This document shows, piece after piece, positions 52,775-63,415 of a stretch of 64,000 nt of DNA; position 1 is the first letter of the stretch; each line of letters begins with the position of its first letter. Origin of the DNA: an uncultured Acidobacteriota bacterium (lineage in GTDB: Bacteria > Acidobacteriota > Blastocatellia > RBC074); the NCBI GenBank assembly GCA_963796275.1, contig CAWCKY010000001.1, forward strand, positions 1,248,001-1,312,000, given 5' to 3'. The notes below the pieces were generated by a model, which saw only the letters and a list, made by a program, of their open reading frames with translations, did not search any database and was not told the origin of the DNA. The position numbers and the translations under genes were made by a program.

Positions 52775-52875
52775 CGTCCCTCCAGGTTGGCCCATTCTCC
52801 TGACTCTATGAATGCTGCCCAATAAAATGGAAGCCACCAGCGTGCTCCGCAACATTCTCAACTGCACCTGCCTTG
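52775..52875 (-). pseudogene. C-terminal tail of another CHAT paralog
   Basis: [29 protein letters not shown] (with an indel), immediately upstream of the CHAT start. Confidence 0.7.
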
Positions 52876-53139
52876 ACCTGGGTACATCATACCGAAGCTA
52901 CACCTGCTATACTTAATGATATTGCTGAAGTCCTGCCTTCAGATTTCAGAGATTATCTCACTCCTGCTAAATTTTCGAACCGGTGGCAATATCACGGAAA
53001 GTTCGTGGCCGGATTCTTGGTGAATCTGGCTTGCCTGCTTCGAAACCTGCCAGGTCTCTATAGAACCTCTTCGCCCTCGGCGAATGTGATCTTATGCCAT
53101 TGCATTGTTCCGTTTTCCATTTTGATATCCCAAAATGCA

Positions 53140-53560
53140 AAAACCGCCGCGGGATGTGTCCTCGCGACGGCCGACGTGATCTTTATAACAGTGATGGACA
53201 TATACCGCCGTCACATTCGCCAAGAGGCTTCGGATGCGCATTATCTCCACGTTGCCAAATTGGCGACCGGGTTCTGGGGATTGTTCGCTTGCATGGTTGC
53301 GCTCTTTGCAGCGCGGCAAGGTTCCCTGATCGAGGTCGTCAACAAATTCGGTTCGTTTTTCTACGGTTCGATGCTCGGTGTGTTCGTGCTGGTAATCGGG
53401 ACAAAGCGCGCGACAGGACGCGGGGCCTTTGGGGAATGCTCTGTGGGCTCGTATCTGTGGCGGTTTTAAGCAAATCTGACAAAAATCAGCTTCCTCTGGT
53501 ACAACCTGATTGGCTGTGTGGTGGTTATCGTCACAGTATGCTGCTGAGTTGGACGGGACG
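53140..53560 (+). pseudogene. Sodium:solute symporter C-terminal fragment
   Basis: [34 protein letters not shown]. Confidence 0.7.
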
Positions 53561-53688
53561 ACGAATCGAGGTCGCAGCCGGAGTCGAGACGTTATAGTGC
53601 ACTTCGAGAAAGCCTACTTTTTATAGGGCTTTGGAATATTATCCTTTTTTACGTTATTAGATATAAAAAATGGAGCGATGGAAATGAC

Positions 53689-53935
53689 ATGGCGAGTCAA
53701 ATAACAGACGTAGATTCCGCCGTATCGATCGACTCAGGTCGAGACAAGGCGGGAATCAGGGGGCTGACCTTTTAACCGGGATGTGGGAGCGATTCAGCTA
53801 CTCTGGCATGCGCGCATTGTTAATCCGCTATATGACAACAGCCGTCGAGGGCGGCGGGATGGGAATGGATACAAAACGCGCTGCCAGCATCTATGGAGCC
53901 TATGTCGGTTCAGTCTACCTGATGTCTATCCGGGC
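53689..53935 (+). pseudogene. POT/PTR peptide transporter N-terminal fragment
   Basis: [26 protein letters not shown]; fused in frame to the next gene. Confidence 0.7.
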
Positions 53936-53975
53936 GGCTGGATTGCAGAGCTCTGAGACAAACGAGGGCAACATC

Positions 53976-55846
53976 GTGACGCTTACTTTACTTGATTGGG
54001 TAGTCATTGCAGCCTATTTCCTCTTCAACCTCGGGATCGGCCTCTACTACGCGCGACGCGCACGCGGCAATACAAATGAGTTCTTCCTCTCCGGTAGAAA
54101 CGTGCCATGGTGGCTGGCGGGCACTTCAATGGTAGCAACGACTTTTGCCGCCGATACGCCGCTGGCAGTCACAGGGCTGGTTGCCAGCAATGGCATAGCG
54201 GGTAACTGGCTCTGGTGGAATTTCGTCATGAGCGGGATGCTGACGGTCTTTTTTTATGCCCGTTTGTGGCGACGTGCCGGTGTCATGACCGACGTGGAAT
54301 TTGCCGAGTTGCGTTATGCGGGTAAACCTGCTGCATTCCTCCGCGGCTTCCGGGCGCTCTATTTGGGTATTCCGATCAACTGCATCGTGATGGGTTGGGT
54401 CAATCTGGCGATGGTGAAAATACTGGAAATAACGCTCGGCGTTAATAAAAATACGGCGGTGATAATTGTCGTCGGCATTCTTCTCTTCACAGCCTTCTAC
54501 ACTACCATTTCAGGATTATGGGGAGTGCTGGTAACCGATCTTTTTCAGTTCGTTCTGAAGATGGGGATGGTGATTATGCTCGCGGTTCTGGCAGTCAATG
54601 CTGTGGGCGGAATAGATGAGCTGAAGACGAAGATCATCGCAATGGATGCGGCTAGCGGACAAGCCGGATCGCGGCTCTCATTCTTTCCCGCGCTCGATTC
54701 AGTCTGGATGCCGACCATCACCCTCTTTGTTTATCTTGCCGTCAACTGGTGGGCAAGCTGGTATCCCGGGGCTGAGCCGGGCGGGGGGGGCTATGTTGCG
54801 CAGCGCATCTTCTCAGCGAAGGATGAGCGACACGGCCTGCTCGCGACGCTCTGGTTCAATATCGCACATTACGCACTGAGGCCATGGCCGTGGATCCTGA
54901 CGGCGCTTGCTTCGCTCATACTTTATCCTGAATTGGCCGATAAAGAGGCCGGTTATATCCGAACGCTGATGGATCCCCATATTTTCCCGCCCTATCTGCG
55001 CGGATTTATGCTGGCGGCTTTTGCGGCGGCTTACATGTCTACCATCGGCACGCAACTGAACTGGGGCGCCTCATACGTCATAAATGATTTCTATCGCCGT
55101 TTTCTCGTGCAGGAGGCTAGCGAGCGCCATTACGTCATCACATCTCAGTTAATGACACTCTTGTTGATGGTGATCTCGCTTTTGGTGACCTTCAATCTGG
55201 AATCGATCAGTAAAGCATGGAAGCTGTTGTTGGTTACAGGCGCGGGGACGGGCACAGTGCTGCTGCTACGATGGTTCTGGTGGAGGATCAATGCCTGGTC
55301 GGAGGTGACCGCGATGTCTGTTGCGGCGGCCGTCTCGCTCTTTTTGCAGCTCTACCTGGACTGGGATAGTGATCAACCCAGAGATTTTGCATACCTAATG
55401 CTGACCACCGTCGGTATCACAACCGTAGCCTGGCTCGCCATAACACTCCTCACTCCTGCCGAGCCGACTGAGAAGCTGATCAATTTCTATCGTCAGGTGA
55501 GACCGGAGGGCCCTGGCTGGAGACCCATCGCAGCTAAAGCCGGCATCAGTACAATTAATGTGAGCGGCGGACTGGCCGTGCAATTTGCCAACTGGATTCT
55601 GGTTGCTTATTGATCTATACGTCTCTTTTCGGTATAGGCAAATTGGTCTTCAAGGAATGGGGAGAAGGTCTGCTCTATCTTGTCACTGCCGAAGTTGCCG
55701 GGGCTTTGATTTCATGGAACCTATCGCGAATTGGATGGCAGAGCTTTTCCACTGATGAGCTACTACCCGATCAAAGCCCGGAACCAGAAAACCCAGTTCA
55801 CCATGGAGGCGTAGAGATCGCCGATGCAACGCAGAGAGATAACTAA
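53976..55846 (+). CDS. Sodium:solute symporter family protein, frameshift near 55605
   Basis: [44 protein letters not shown]; tail continues in 55610-55846. Confidence 0.85.
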
Positions 55847-56064
55847 AGCCTGTGCAAATTAAAGTTGAATGCAATCAACCACTTGGTATACGCCACCGGG
55901 CGCAATCAAGATGATCTTTGATACAAGTAATAGGGTTGCCTTCTCGAAAGTCGGTGAGGAAACAAACTTGATAAACCCAAATGTTGGCCAGAACAAGCAT
56001 CTCTCCCGCGTTATCCCAACCAGCCCGGCTGATGAAAAATTTCGTTTAGTATTTGCAGGATAGT

Positions 56065-56335
56065 AGAGCCACTACACCTGATCACTTACCTTTTGGTTCA
56101 AGCCTTTCAGCCGATTTGGCTTGTCACAATTCACGACGCTTATGGCAATCACTTATGTTGACCATACCATCAAACTCTAGCCCTCGACCGCCTTCCGACT
56201 GGCAGTCACAGCCTCATCTCACGACTTGGCTGTCGATACCTCCCTGGAGTTACATTGTTCCGAGAGCTTCACACCTCGCCTTTACAAGCGTTGCGTGTCT
56301 CGGTAGGGTATTTGCGACATAAAATTGGAGCGCAA
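56065..56335 (-). mobile_element. Probable truncated group II intron 5' end (domain I), no RT ORF
   Basis: Starts TTGCG, then CCGAGACACGCAAC..GTGTGAAGC.CTCGGAACAATGTAAC..CAGGGAGGTA..CAAGTCGTGA..GTGACTG..GTCGAGG. This resembles, from recall only, UUGCG-start bacterial group II introns. Confidence 0.5.
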
Positions 56336-56655
56336 GCGCTTTCACTCCACGAACCGACCAAATCAACGTTGAGCGCGAAGGCTGAATACTATGACGACGT
56401 GAACTCGGGAATCTTTCTCGGCTGGGTCAATAAAGAACGCGGCATTGATGGTTGCCTCACGGAGCGGCGATGGCCACGCGATCAACGCGAGAGTTCGTTT
56501 GGCTGATACGTATAGCAAGGATGAATATGCGCAGCGTTTGCTAGATGAGCGATCTGGCCTGTCGCATGTGGGGAATTCAATCCCAAGCTCACCCTAGACC
56601 GACCGAAACGGATCGAGTTCTTCACATAAATGAGAAATCAACTTTGAGGAAGAAT

Positions 56656-58338
56656 ATGAACCTGCCCTTTCTGTTTCTGCAATCGAGCGAGATACGCCTT
56701 GGAACGATTGATTATGCGGTGCTGGCGCTTTACTTTCTGGTGATCTTCGCCATCGGCTGGTATTTCTCGCGCAAAGAGCGCACGACGACGGACTATTTTT
56801 TGGCGAGCCGCGACGTAGCCTGGTGGGCCATCGGCGCTTCGCTATTTTCGTCGAATATCGGAAGCGAACATTTCATCGGATTGGCCGGATCGGCCGCCGC
56901 CAGGGGAATGGCTGGAGGGCATTTTGAATGGCTGGCTTCGATCATCGTGCTGATATTAGGCTGGGTCTTCGTGCCGCTCTATTTGCGCTCGAACGTATAC
57001 ACGATGCCGGAGTTTCTGGAGCGGCGCTACAACGGAGCGTGCCGCACGTATCTCGCCGGCATTTCGCTGATCGCCTATTTGTTCACAAAGATATCGGTTT
57101 CGATCTTTGCCGGGGCAATTGTGCTCAAAGCCGTGTTGGGGTGGGGCATGGTTGAAAGCTCGCTGGCGTTGGTGATCGCGACGGGAATTTACACCGTTGC
57201 CGGAGGGCTTGCGGCAGTGATCTACACCGAAGTAATTCAGACGGTGATCCTGGTGGCTGGGGCGCTGACCTTGACATTTATCGGCCTGGAAAAGGTCGGT
57301 GGCTGGGACGGGTTGCAAGCCGCTGTGCCTGCGGACTTCTTTCATATGATGAAGCCGTCCACCGACAAGGAATTCCCGTGGACGGGAATTTTCTTTGGCG
57401 CTCCGATTCTGGGCATCTGGTACTGGTGTACGGATCAAGTGATCGTGCAGCGCGTGCTGGCGGCAAAAAACATAGGCCACGCGAAAGGCGGAACCGTGGT
57501 CGCCGGATTCCTGAAAATACTGCCGGTGTTCATGCTGATGGCGCCGGGGATGATCGCACGCGCGCTCTACCCGCAAGAGATGGCAGCCGATTCCAACTCG
57601 GCTTTCCCCACACTGGTTATACGGTTGATGCCGGCGGGGTTGATGGGAGTCATGGTGGCGGCGATGCTGGCGGCGTTGATGGCGAGCAAAGCCGCGGTAT
57701 TCAATTCCAGTTCGACCATTTTCACGATGGACTTTTACAAGAAGATCAGGCCGGCCGCTTCTGACAGACACCTGATCAATGTCGGGCGCGTAGCGACAAT
57801 AGTTATGGTCGGGCTGAGTTTATTGTGGATTCCATTTATGGACCGCATAAGTTCTCAGCTCTGGATCTATTTGCAAAGCGTGCAGGCTTACATCTCGCCC
57901 CCCATCGCCGCGGTCTTCCTGCTTGGAGTCTTTTGGAAGCGCCTTAACGGACAGGGCGCGATTGTGTCGCTACTAGTGGGATTCGTTCTCGGAGCAACAC
58001 GGTTCGTTCTTGAAGTCCAATATAAGGGCGCGCCTCCCGGCGGCTTTCTTGGGTTTTATATCGGGATCAACTTCCTCCATTTCGCCGCGTTGATGTTCGT
58101 TATTTGTGTGGGAACTCTGGTCATAGTCAGTTTGTTGACTCCCGCGCCCAAAGCCGAGAAGGTCAATGGCCTGACATTTCAGACTATCAAGGAAAAGATC
58201 TCGATGGGAGAGGTAGAATCGGCGACCATCCTGGAGGCGCCGGCCGAGGAAGAGACGCCTTTGCAAAGGCGCGTCAATACGGCCTTCGCCTTGCTGCTGA
58301 TCGCGACAGTCATCTCGCTCTGGGTCTACTTCGCCTGA
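56656..58338 (+). CDS. Sodium/sugar symporter (SGLT-like SSS family)
   Basis: DYFLASR, SNIGSEHFIGLAG, TMPEFLERRY, WYWCTDQVIVQRVL. Confidence 0.92.
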   Translation: MNLPFLFLQSSEIRLGTIDYAVLALYFLVIFAIGWYFSRKERTTTDYFLASRDVAWWAIGASLFSSNIGSEHFIGLAGSAAARGMAGGHFEWLASIIVLILGWVFVPLYLRSNVYTMPEFLERRYNGACRTYLAGISLIAYLFTKISVSIFAGAIVLKAVLGWGMVESSLALVIATGIYTVAGGLAAVIYTEVIQTVILVAGALTLTFIGLEKVGGWDGLQAAVPADFFHMMKPSTDKEFPWTGIFFGAPILGIWYWCTDQVIVQRVLAAKNIGHAKGGTVVAGFLKILPVFMLMAPGMIARALYPQEMAADSNSAFPTLVIRLMPAGLMGVMVAAMLAALMASKAAVFNSSSTIFTMDFYKKIRPAASDRHLINVGRVATIVMVGLSLLWIPFMDRISSQLWIYLQSVQAYISPPIAAVFLLGVFWKRLNGQGAIVSLLVGFVLGATRFVLEVQYKGAPPGGFLGFYIGINFLHFAALMFVICVGTLVIVSLLTPAPKAEKVNGLTFQTIKEKISMGEVESATILEAPAEEETPLQRRVNTAFALLLIATVISLWVYFA

Positions 58339-58348
58339 TTCCGACTTC

Positions 58349-58873
58349 ATGCTCATCACTGCTGTCAAACCGGACATCACTCGCGAGCAGGCGATCGCGA
58401 GGTTTCGCGGGGTCTTCAGTCAACTGCGCCACGGTCAATTGCGGATCGCGGCGGACTTCTATATCCCATACCGCTTTTTCCAAATAACCTGGGGCCAGGG
58501 GCGAAGAGCGACTGACACAATCCTCGCCGCCGATGCGGTGACCGGCAAATTCGATCTGATTGAGTTCAACCAGTTGCCGGAGGAGGGGGACAGGATGAGC
58601 GTTGATACCGTGTTGTTCGCTGAAGAGCGCGTCAACGAAGAGGATGCTTTTAAACTGGTTCGAGAGCGGATGATGCGGTTGGTGTTTATGAAAGGCTTCT
58701 TCAAACTACACCGCGTGAACCTGGAGATCAATCTGGCTGCAAGTTTGCATTTGCCTTACTGGGTCGGAGTATACGATCGGCAGGGACGCGCGCATCTTGA
58801 AATCATCAACGCCTTGCAAGGAGGTTTCGAAGGAGCCAAGCTTCGCGAAATAGTGGCGGAATGGTTTCAATAG
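58349..58873 (+). CDS. Hypothetical protein
   Basis: Intact ORF following the SSS gene in an operon-like arrangement. Confidence 0.7.
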   Translation: MLITAVKPDITREQAIARFRGVFSQLRHGQLRIAADFYIPYRFFQITWGQGRRATDTILAADAVTGKFDLIEFNQLPEEGDRMSVDTVLFAEERVNEEDAFKLVRERMMRLVFMKGFFKLHRVNLEINLAASLHLPYWVGVYDRQGRAHLEIINALQGGFEGAKLREIVAEWFQ

Positions 58874-58895
58874 CCGCCTGAAAGGAGCCATCGAG

Positions 58896-58962
58896 ATGAT
58901 GACTGTAGACGCATTGCGCGTTCAATTTTTCGAACTTTACGGACGCGAGCCGGCAGTGGAGG
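58896..58962 (+). pseudogene. Possible galactokinase N-terminal stub
   Basis: AAGGAG RBS, MTVDALRVQFFELYGREPAV, then an abrupt break; context is a sugar symporter. Confidence 0.35.
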
Positions 58963-59109
58963 AGTCACAGTCGTCATTATGGCTTCCACTTAATAGACTG
59001 GGAGAACTGGCGACGCAACTGTTCTAGCCAGTGGCAACGTAAGGTGCAGATCGGGTTTGCAGTATTGTCCAACAACGCACGGATGATAGGTTGATTCCGG
59101 AGGTGTGGC

Positions 59110-59125
59110 TGTCCAGTATTGGACA
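59110..59125. promoter_or_regulatory. TGTCCA-N4-TGGACA palindromic box (copy 1, inverted relative to the others)
   Basis: TGTCCAGTATTGGACA; related copies at 60483, 61688 and 62565. Confidence 0.6.
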
Positions 59126-59387
59126 AGGTTGAAAAGAATTATACGAGGCCCGCAAACATGCGTGGTCGCGCTCGATTGCTTGGCCAGGGACGTCCCTCAC
59201 GCATTCTTCACCACCTGCTGGTATGTGCGATAGCGCATAGACAGCCCCTCGCGCGTCTGATAGTTTGGTGGCGGTTAATACTTCTTTGATAGTTCATCAT
59301 TCGACATCGGGATCGGGCCGATTACCTTCTCCTTGTGCCGTCTGTTGGGTTCCCAAACATGACAGCAACCAGATAAGGAGACTTTTC

Positions 59388-60110
59388 ATGCTTCGATTCA
59401 CAAAAACACGCGAGCCGGTGGCCAACCAGTTGCTCGCCGCCCTGCCAACCAAAGAATATCAACGTCTGCGGCCTTACTTAAAAGAGGTCACCTTACCTTT
59501 CGGTGAGATCATTTACGAATCCGGCGAGATCATCCGGCATGTCTATTTCCCGAATCAGGGCATTGTTTCTCTGCTCTCCATGGTGGCAGAGCGCTCGACG
59601 CTCGAAGTTGGCATCGTGGGCGACGAAGGTATGGTCGGCATCTCGGTCTTCCTGGGGATGGGCGCTTCGCTCAACCAAGCGCTGGTGCAAGGCGCGGGCA
59701 CGGCCATGAGGATGAAAGCTGAAGCAATGCGCAAACACGTCGGGCATGAGGGACCGTTACCGGACATGCTCCGCCGCTACGCGAACTCGTTACTGGCGCA
59801 GATTTCCCAGACGGCTGCCTGTAACCGCTTCCACAGGGTGGAGGCGCGCCTCGCCCGCTGGCTGCTCATGACGCACGACCGTCTCCGGTCAAATCAATTC
59901 CGGCTCACCCAGGAGTTCCTCTCCCACATGTTGGGCGTGCGTCGCGAGGGCGTCACCAATGCAGCCCGCGCCCTCCAGCAAGGGAAGCTGATCAGCTACG
60001 TCCGAGGCCAGATCACGATCCTCGACCGAGCAGGCTTGGAAGCGGGGTCTTGCGGATGTTACGGGATTGTCAAATTGGATGTCTCGGCTAAGGCTGACAA
60101 AAGGCGGTAG
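59388..60110 (+). CDS. Crp/Fnr family transcriptional regulator
   Basis: NQLLAALP, VYFP..GIVSL, GDEGMVG, ACNRFH..RLARWLL, LTQEFLSHMLGVRREGV. AAGGAG RBS. Upstream palindrome TATGTGCGATAGCGCATA. Confidence 0.92.
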   Translation: MLRFTKTREPVANQLLAALPTKEYQRLRPYLKEVTLPFGEIIYESGEIIRHVYFPNQGIVSLLSMVAERSTLEVGIVGDEGMVGISVFLGMGASLNQALVQGAGTAMRMKAEAMRKHVGHEGPLPDMLRRYANSLLAQISQTAACNRFHRVEARLARWLLMTHDRLRSNQFRLTQEFLSHMLGVRREGVTNAARALQQGKLISYVRGQITILDRAGLEAGSCGCYGIVKLDVSAKADKRR

Positions 60111-60124
60111 GACTCTTTACCCTT

Positions 60125-60373
60125 GCAGGACACCGGGACACGTTTTTCAGAGGGCTGCGCAATATTCGAGTAAATGATGAAATCACATTGACGACGTTAG
60201 GTGGATACTATCGCTATCGCGTGGACTCGACCAAAGTGGTCGATCCCGAGGAGACTGAAGTGTTGGATAATGACGATGACGATATACTCACTCTAGTGAC
60301 CTGTTACCCGTTCAATTTTGTGGGCACCGCACCCAGGAGATTTATCGTCCGCGCGCACAGAGTTCTTGAATGA
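60125..60373 (+). pseudogene. Class D sortase C-terminal fragment
   Basis: AGHRDT(F)FRGL, LTLVTCYPF, RFIVRA; 5' half missing. Confidence 0.8.
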
Positions 60374-60454
60374 GATGAAAGCCATCTTGCCTTGGTTACG
60401 GCATCCCGCTGGCTACCTGGGCCACTGTAGGAGCAGGCGTAAAAAACAGCCGGC

Positions 60455-60525
60455 ACCACCCCGCCACCTTTCTTTCCAAAATTGTCCAATACTGGACGGC
60501 AATTTATCCCAGGGTGGCCGACCCT
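60455..60525 (+). promoter_or_regulatory. Repeated upstream element (copy 2)
   Basis: CACCTTTCTTTCC..TGTCCAATACTGGACGGCAATTTATCCC..GGCCGA, directly before the RBS of the 60542 gene. Confidence 0.65.
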
Positions 60526-60541
60526 TAGCGAGGAGGAATTA

Positions 60542-60967
60542 ATGGTAAACACAATTAAAACGGGGACCATTCTAATCGCGGAGGGGGCCCTTTTATCGGA
60601 ATCCTTATTATTCGAAAGCGAGCCTTATGTTTATGGATGGAGACTGGTCAAAAACCTCGATAGTAAAGGCTTGGATCAAATCGTCAGCAATGCAGGGTGG
60701 AACTTTTTATACATCGCCGGTGTGATTGATACTAACGTCTTCGGTTCTGATGAGAAGAAGACCACACGTAAGGCGATCAAGCAGGTCATCGCTAACCTGA
60801 AATCGAAGAACTTTAATTGCCTGGAAATTACGCAAGTGGCCGCGAAACGATCCATGGGCTTGCCCTATGTGAGCGTTTCCGCTCACTCGCGACATATTCA
60901 AAAAGGGCCCGCTCTTTCCGAGAACCAGGAAATTGGGGACGAGAAGTACGAAACCGCTGAAGAATAA
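60542..60967 (+). CDS. Hypothetical protein
   Basis: GAGGAGG RBS and an intact ORF. Confidence 0.7.
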   Translation: MVNTIKTGTILIAEGALLSESLLFESEPYVYGWRLVKNLDSKGLDQIVSNAGWNFLYIAGVIDTNVFGSDEKKTTRKAIKQVIANLKSKNFNCLEITQVAAKRSMGLPYVSVSAHSRHIQKGPALSENQEIGDEKYETAEE

Positions 60968-61232
60968 ACCGTACTGTTTCAAGCCGACCAGCGCTGATGG
61001 AATAGGGAAAATGAGGCTGAACTGCCGGCTAAGAAAGAGATCGCCACTATGAAAACACGAATCGGAACTTTCCAGCTTAGCCTGATCTTTACGGGCCTCA
61101 TCGTGCTTTTCGCGCTCCTTATGATGTGGCCGAACAAAGCATCGTAATTTCCACGATGCGCCGAAACAGGCTGCCGATAACCCCTGAGCACCAGCACCAT
61201 TTCCGAAAAGGTCATAGCTTTGGTAGACCATC

Positions 61233-61410
61233 ATGCATTGCCCTACTTGTGGAACAATAGCTTCAACGGATCAAAATTTCTGCCGATCTTGTGGCATGGA
61301 GTTATCGGTCATTTCTCAACTGGTCGCGAAACATCTCTCCGAGACCGATCCCGCCCTGTTGCCGGCGGAAAGCGATGCCAGTAAGCCACGCCGAAGGACT
61401 ACACTGCTGG
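61233..61410 (+). pseudogene. Zinc-ribbon protein N-terminal fragment
   Basis: MHCPTCG......FCRSCG; the downstream reading looks unrelated. Confidence 0.5.
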
Positions 61411-61659
61411 GTCAGCCTTGTAGCGACAGGGAACGATGTCTCATTGATCACGCGATAACCGCTCTGCAAAAGATCGAAGGGCGCGAGCGGACAGACATGC
61501 TGACCAGGGAAGAGCTCGAAGTTTTACGCGGCGCTCGTAGGCCGCAATTGTTGGAACCGGATTGCCCACGTCTTGAAATTGACCTCCACCGGCAGGTTTT
61601 GTTCGTCATTGACCGTGTGGAGGCTACGCCGCGCATTGGCTCTGTTCGTAACATTAAGC

Positions 61660-61746
61660 ACGCCACCGTCACCTTTCTTTCCGGACCTGTCCAATATTAG
61701 ACGGCAATTTATCCCGCACTGACCGAACATCAGCATGGTACTTAAG
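61660..61746 (+). promoter_or_regulatory. Repeated upstream element (copy 3)
   Basis: CACCTTTCTTTCC..TGTCCAATATTAGACGGCAATTTATCCC..CCGA.CATCAG..TGG..CTTAAG. Confidence 0.65.
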
Positions 61747-61819
61747 AGCTTCAGCTCCTCTGGAATCATCCGGACTATCTGAAAGAAAAAGCTCACCTAG
61801 TAAGGATAAGGAGGAATCA

Positions 61820-62116
61820 ATGTCTATCCAAAATAGCATACGAAGACTTAGGGTAACTTCTATTGGCTCATTTCCCCGCTTTCTCATTATGTTCATCCTG
61901 GTAGTGGTCGGGCCACTTGTGTTGCTTGTGATTGGCGGATACAACCCGAATATCCTAGGGCAGGCCAGCATAGTGTGGTCCATCCTGGCTATCGTCCTGC
62001 TGATCTCAATCTGTATCGGCGGCGGCTTCCTGATGTTTAGGCGCAAGTCCGATGCAGGCGAAAGGTCTCTTTATCAGCCCCGAAGTAATGCTGAAAGGGG
62101 CGGAGACGAACCGTGA
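61820..62116 (+). CDS. Small two-TM membrane protein
   Basis: AAGGAGG RBS and two hydrophobic segments. Confidence 0.65.
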   Translation: MSIQNSIRRLRVTSIGSFPRFLIMFILVVVGPLVLLVIGGYNPNILGQASIVWSILAIVLLISICIGGGFLMFRRKSDAGERSLYQPRSNAERGGDEP

Positions 62117-62194
62117 GCCGACCTGAATGCAATAAGCGAAGATGAAATAAGGGTTGATGAGTGAGGACGCTCGGTGAGGAACATCCTTTGTGTT

Positions 62195-62460
62195 CATGCC
62201 TAATGAGCCACGCGCGCAGGATCGCCACGCCGGCTGGGTCTAAAGAACTGAAGAATCCGCATCCAGTGACAGAAACCAGTTTGGCCGAGGCGCGCGCGCA
62301 TTTATCGAGCATTGCTCGATCTGTCACGGCATTAAAGGTCTCGGCGACACATTGATCGGCCGCAATGTCTACCCGAAAGTCCCTGACATGACCAAAGCGG
62401 AAACGCAGCAATTGAGCGATGGTGAACTTTACTACATCGTCACCAATGACATCAGGGATG
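62195..62460 (+). pseudogene. c-type cytochrome fragment
   Basis: KELKNP..LAEARAH, a frameshifted HCSICHG, IGRNVYPKVPDM..LSDGELYYIV. Confidence 0.65.
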
Positions 62461-62564
62461 ACCATGACCCTAGCAACCTTTCTGACCCCGTCAAAATAGG
62501 TAATGCGATTGATTTGGCAAAAGGCCAGGCCATCGATTTTGGGTAAAGTTCCTCAGTTCGAGAT

Positions 62565-62623
62565 TGTCCAAAATTGGACAGCAATATATTCCAGGTTGGC
62601 CGATCATCAGTGTGGAGCTTAAG
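62565..62623 (+). promoter_or_regulatory. Repeated upstream element (copy 4)
   Basis: TGTCCAAAATTGGACAGCAATATATTCCAGGTTGGCCGATCATCAG..TGG..CTTAAG. Confidence 0.65.
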
Positions 62624-63008
62624 AATTTACTGGACGCAAGGAGTTATCAATATCTATTCAAGATATCCTGAAAGGAACGAGGTACATACCCTGTGCGAAA
62701 TTTGAGCAGGACCCTCTATGTTTCCAGCGGGATCGAAAATCTAAAAGAGGAAGTGGCAGTTCTAGAAGCCGAGTTTACCGAGTTAGAGCAGAAGAATCTC
62801 CGTTCCCCCCCTCTGCTTCAGAAGCTAGGCGAGTACTTCGGTTTTGGAGCCGCTGGGAAGCTAGTTGGGCTCGGTTCAGAACTCAATTCCAAACGGGAAC
62901 AATTGGATCGCTTCGAGGCTCAGCCTGAGATACTGAAAGTAACACGCTAAGCACTATGGCGCCTCCTCACAATTTATCAGTAAATCAAAGGAATAAGGAT
63001 AAAGAACT

Positions 63009-63350
63009 ATGGCTAACAACATCAGACCCCTGCATGATCGTGTGATCGTGCGTCGGATCACAGAGGGCGAGCAGTCGCGCGGCGGGATACTCATCCCGGA
63101 CACCGCTCGAGAGAGGCCGCAGGAAGGTGAAGTCGTAGCGGTCGGCGAAGGAAAATACCGCACAGATGGCGCCAGACAATTGCTCGATGTCCGCGCGGGC
63201 GATCGCGTGCTATTCGGCAAGTACAGCGACTCCGAGATCAAGCTCGGTGGCGAAGTACTGTTGGTTATGCGCGAGGATGATATCTTCGGCATCGTCGAGC
63301 GCGCTGGCACCGTGACCAATTCCAGCGACGGCAAAAAACATGGCGAGTAG
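63009..63350 (+). CDS. groES: Co-chaperonin GroES
   Basis: [37 protein letters not shown]. Confidence 0.95.
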   Translation: MANNIRPLHDRVIVRRITEGEQSRGGILIPDTARERPQEGEVVAVGEGKYRTDGARQLLDVRAGDRVLFGKYSDSEIKLGGEVLLVMREDDIFGIVERAGTVTNSSDGKKHGE

Positions 63351-63415
63351 CCACCGAACAGTCTCGATGCTTTTACATTTACATCGATATTGAATGAAGA
63401 GAGAGAGAGGAAGAT

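Noticed and set aside
53781-55613. Novel POT-SSS transporter fusion
   Set aside because: The POT part is a short broken stub, and the SSS gene has its own likely start at 53976.
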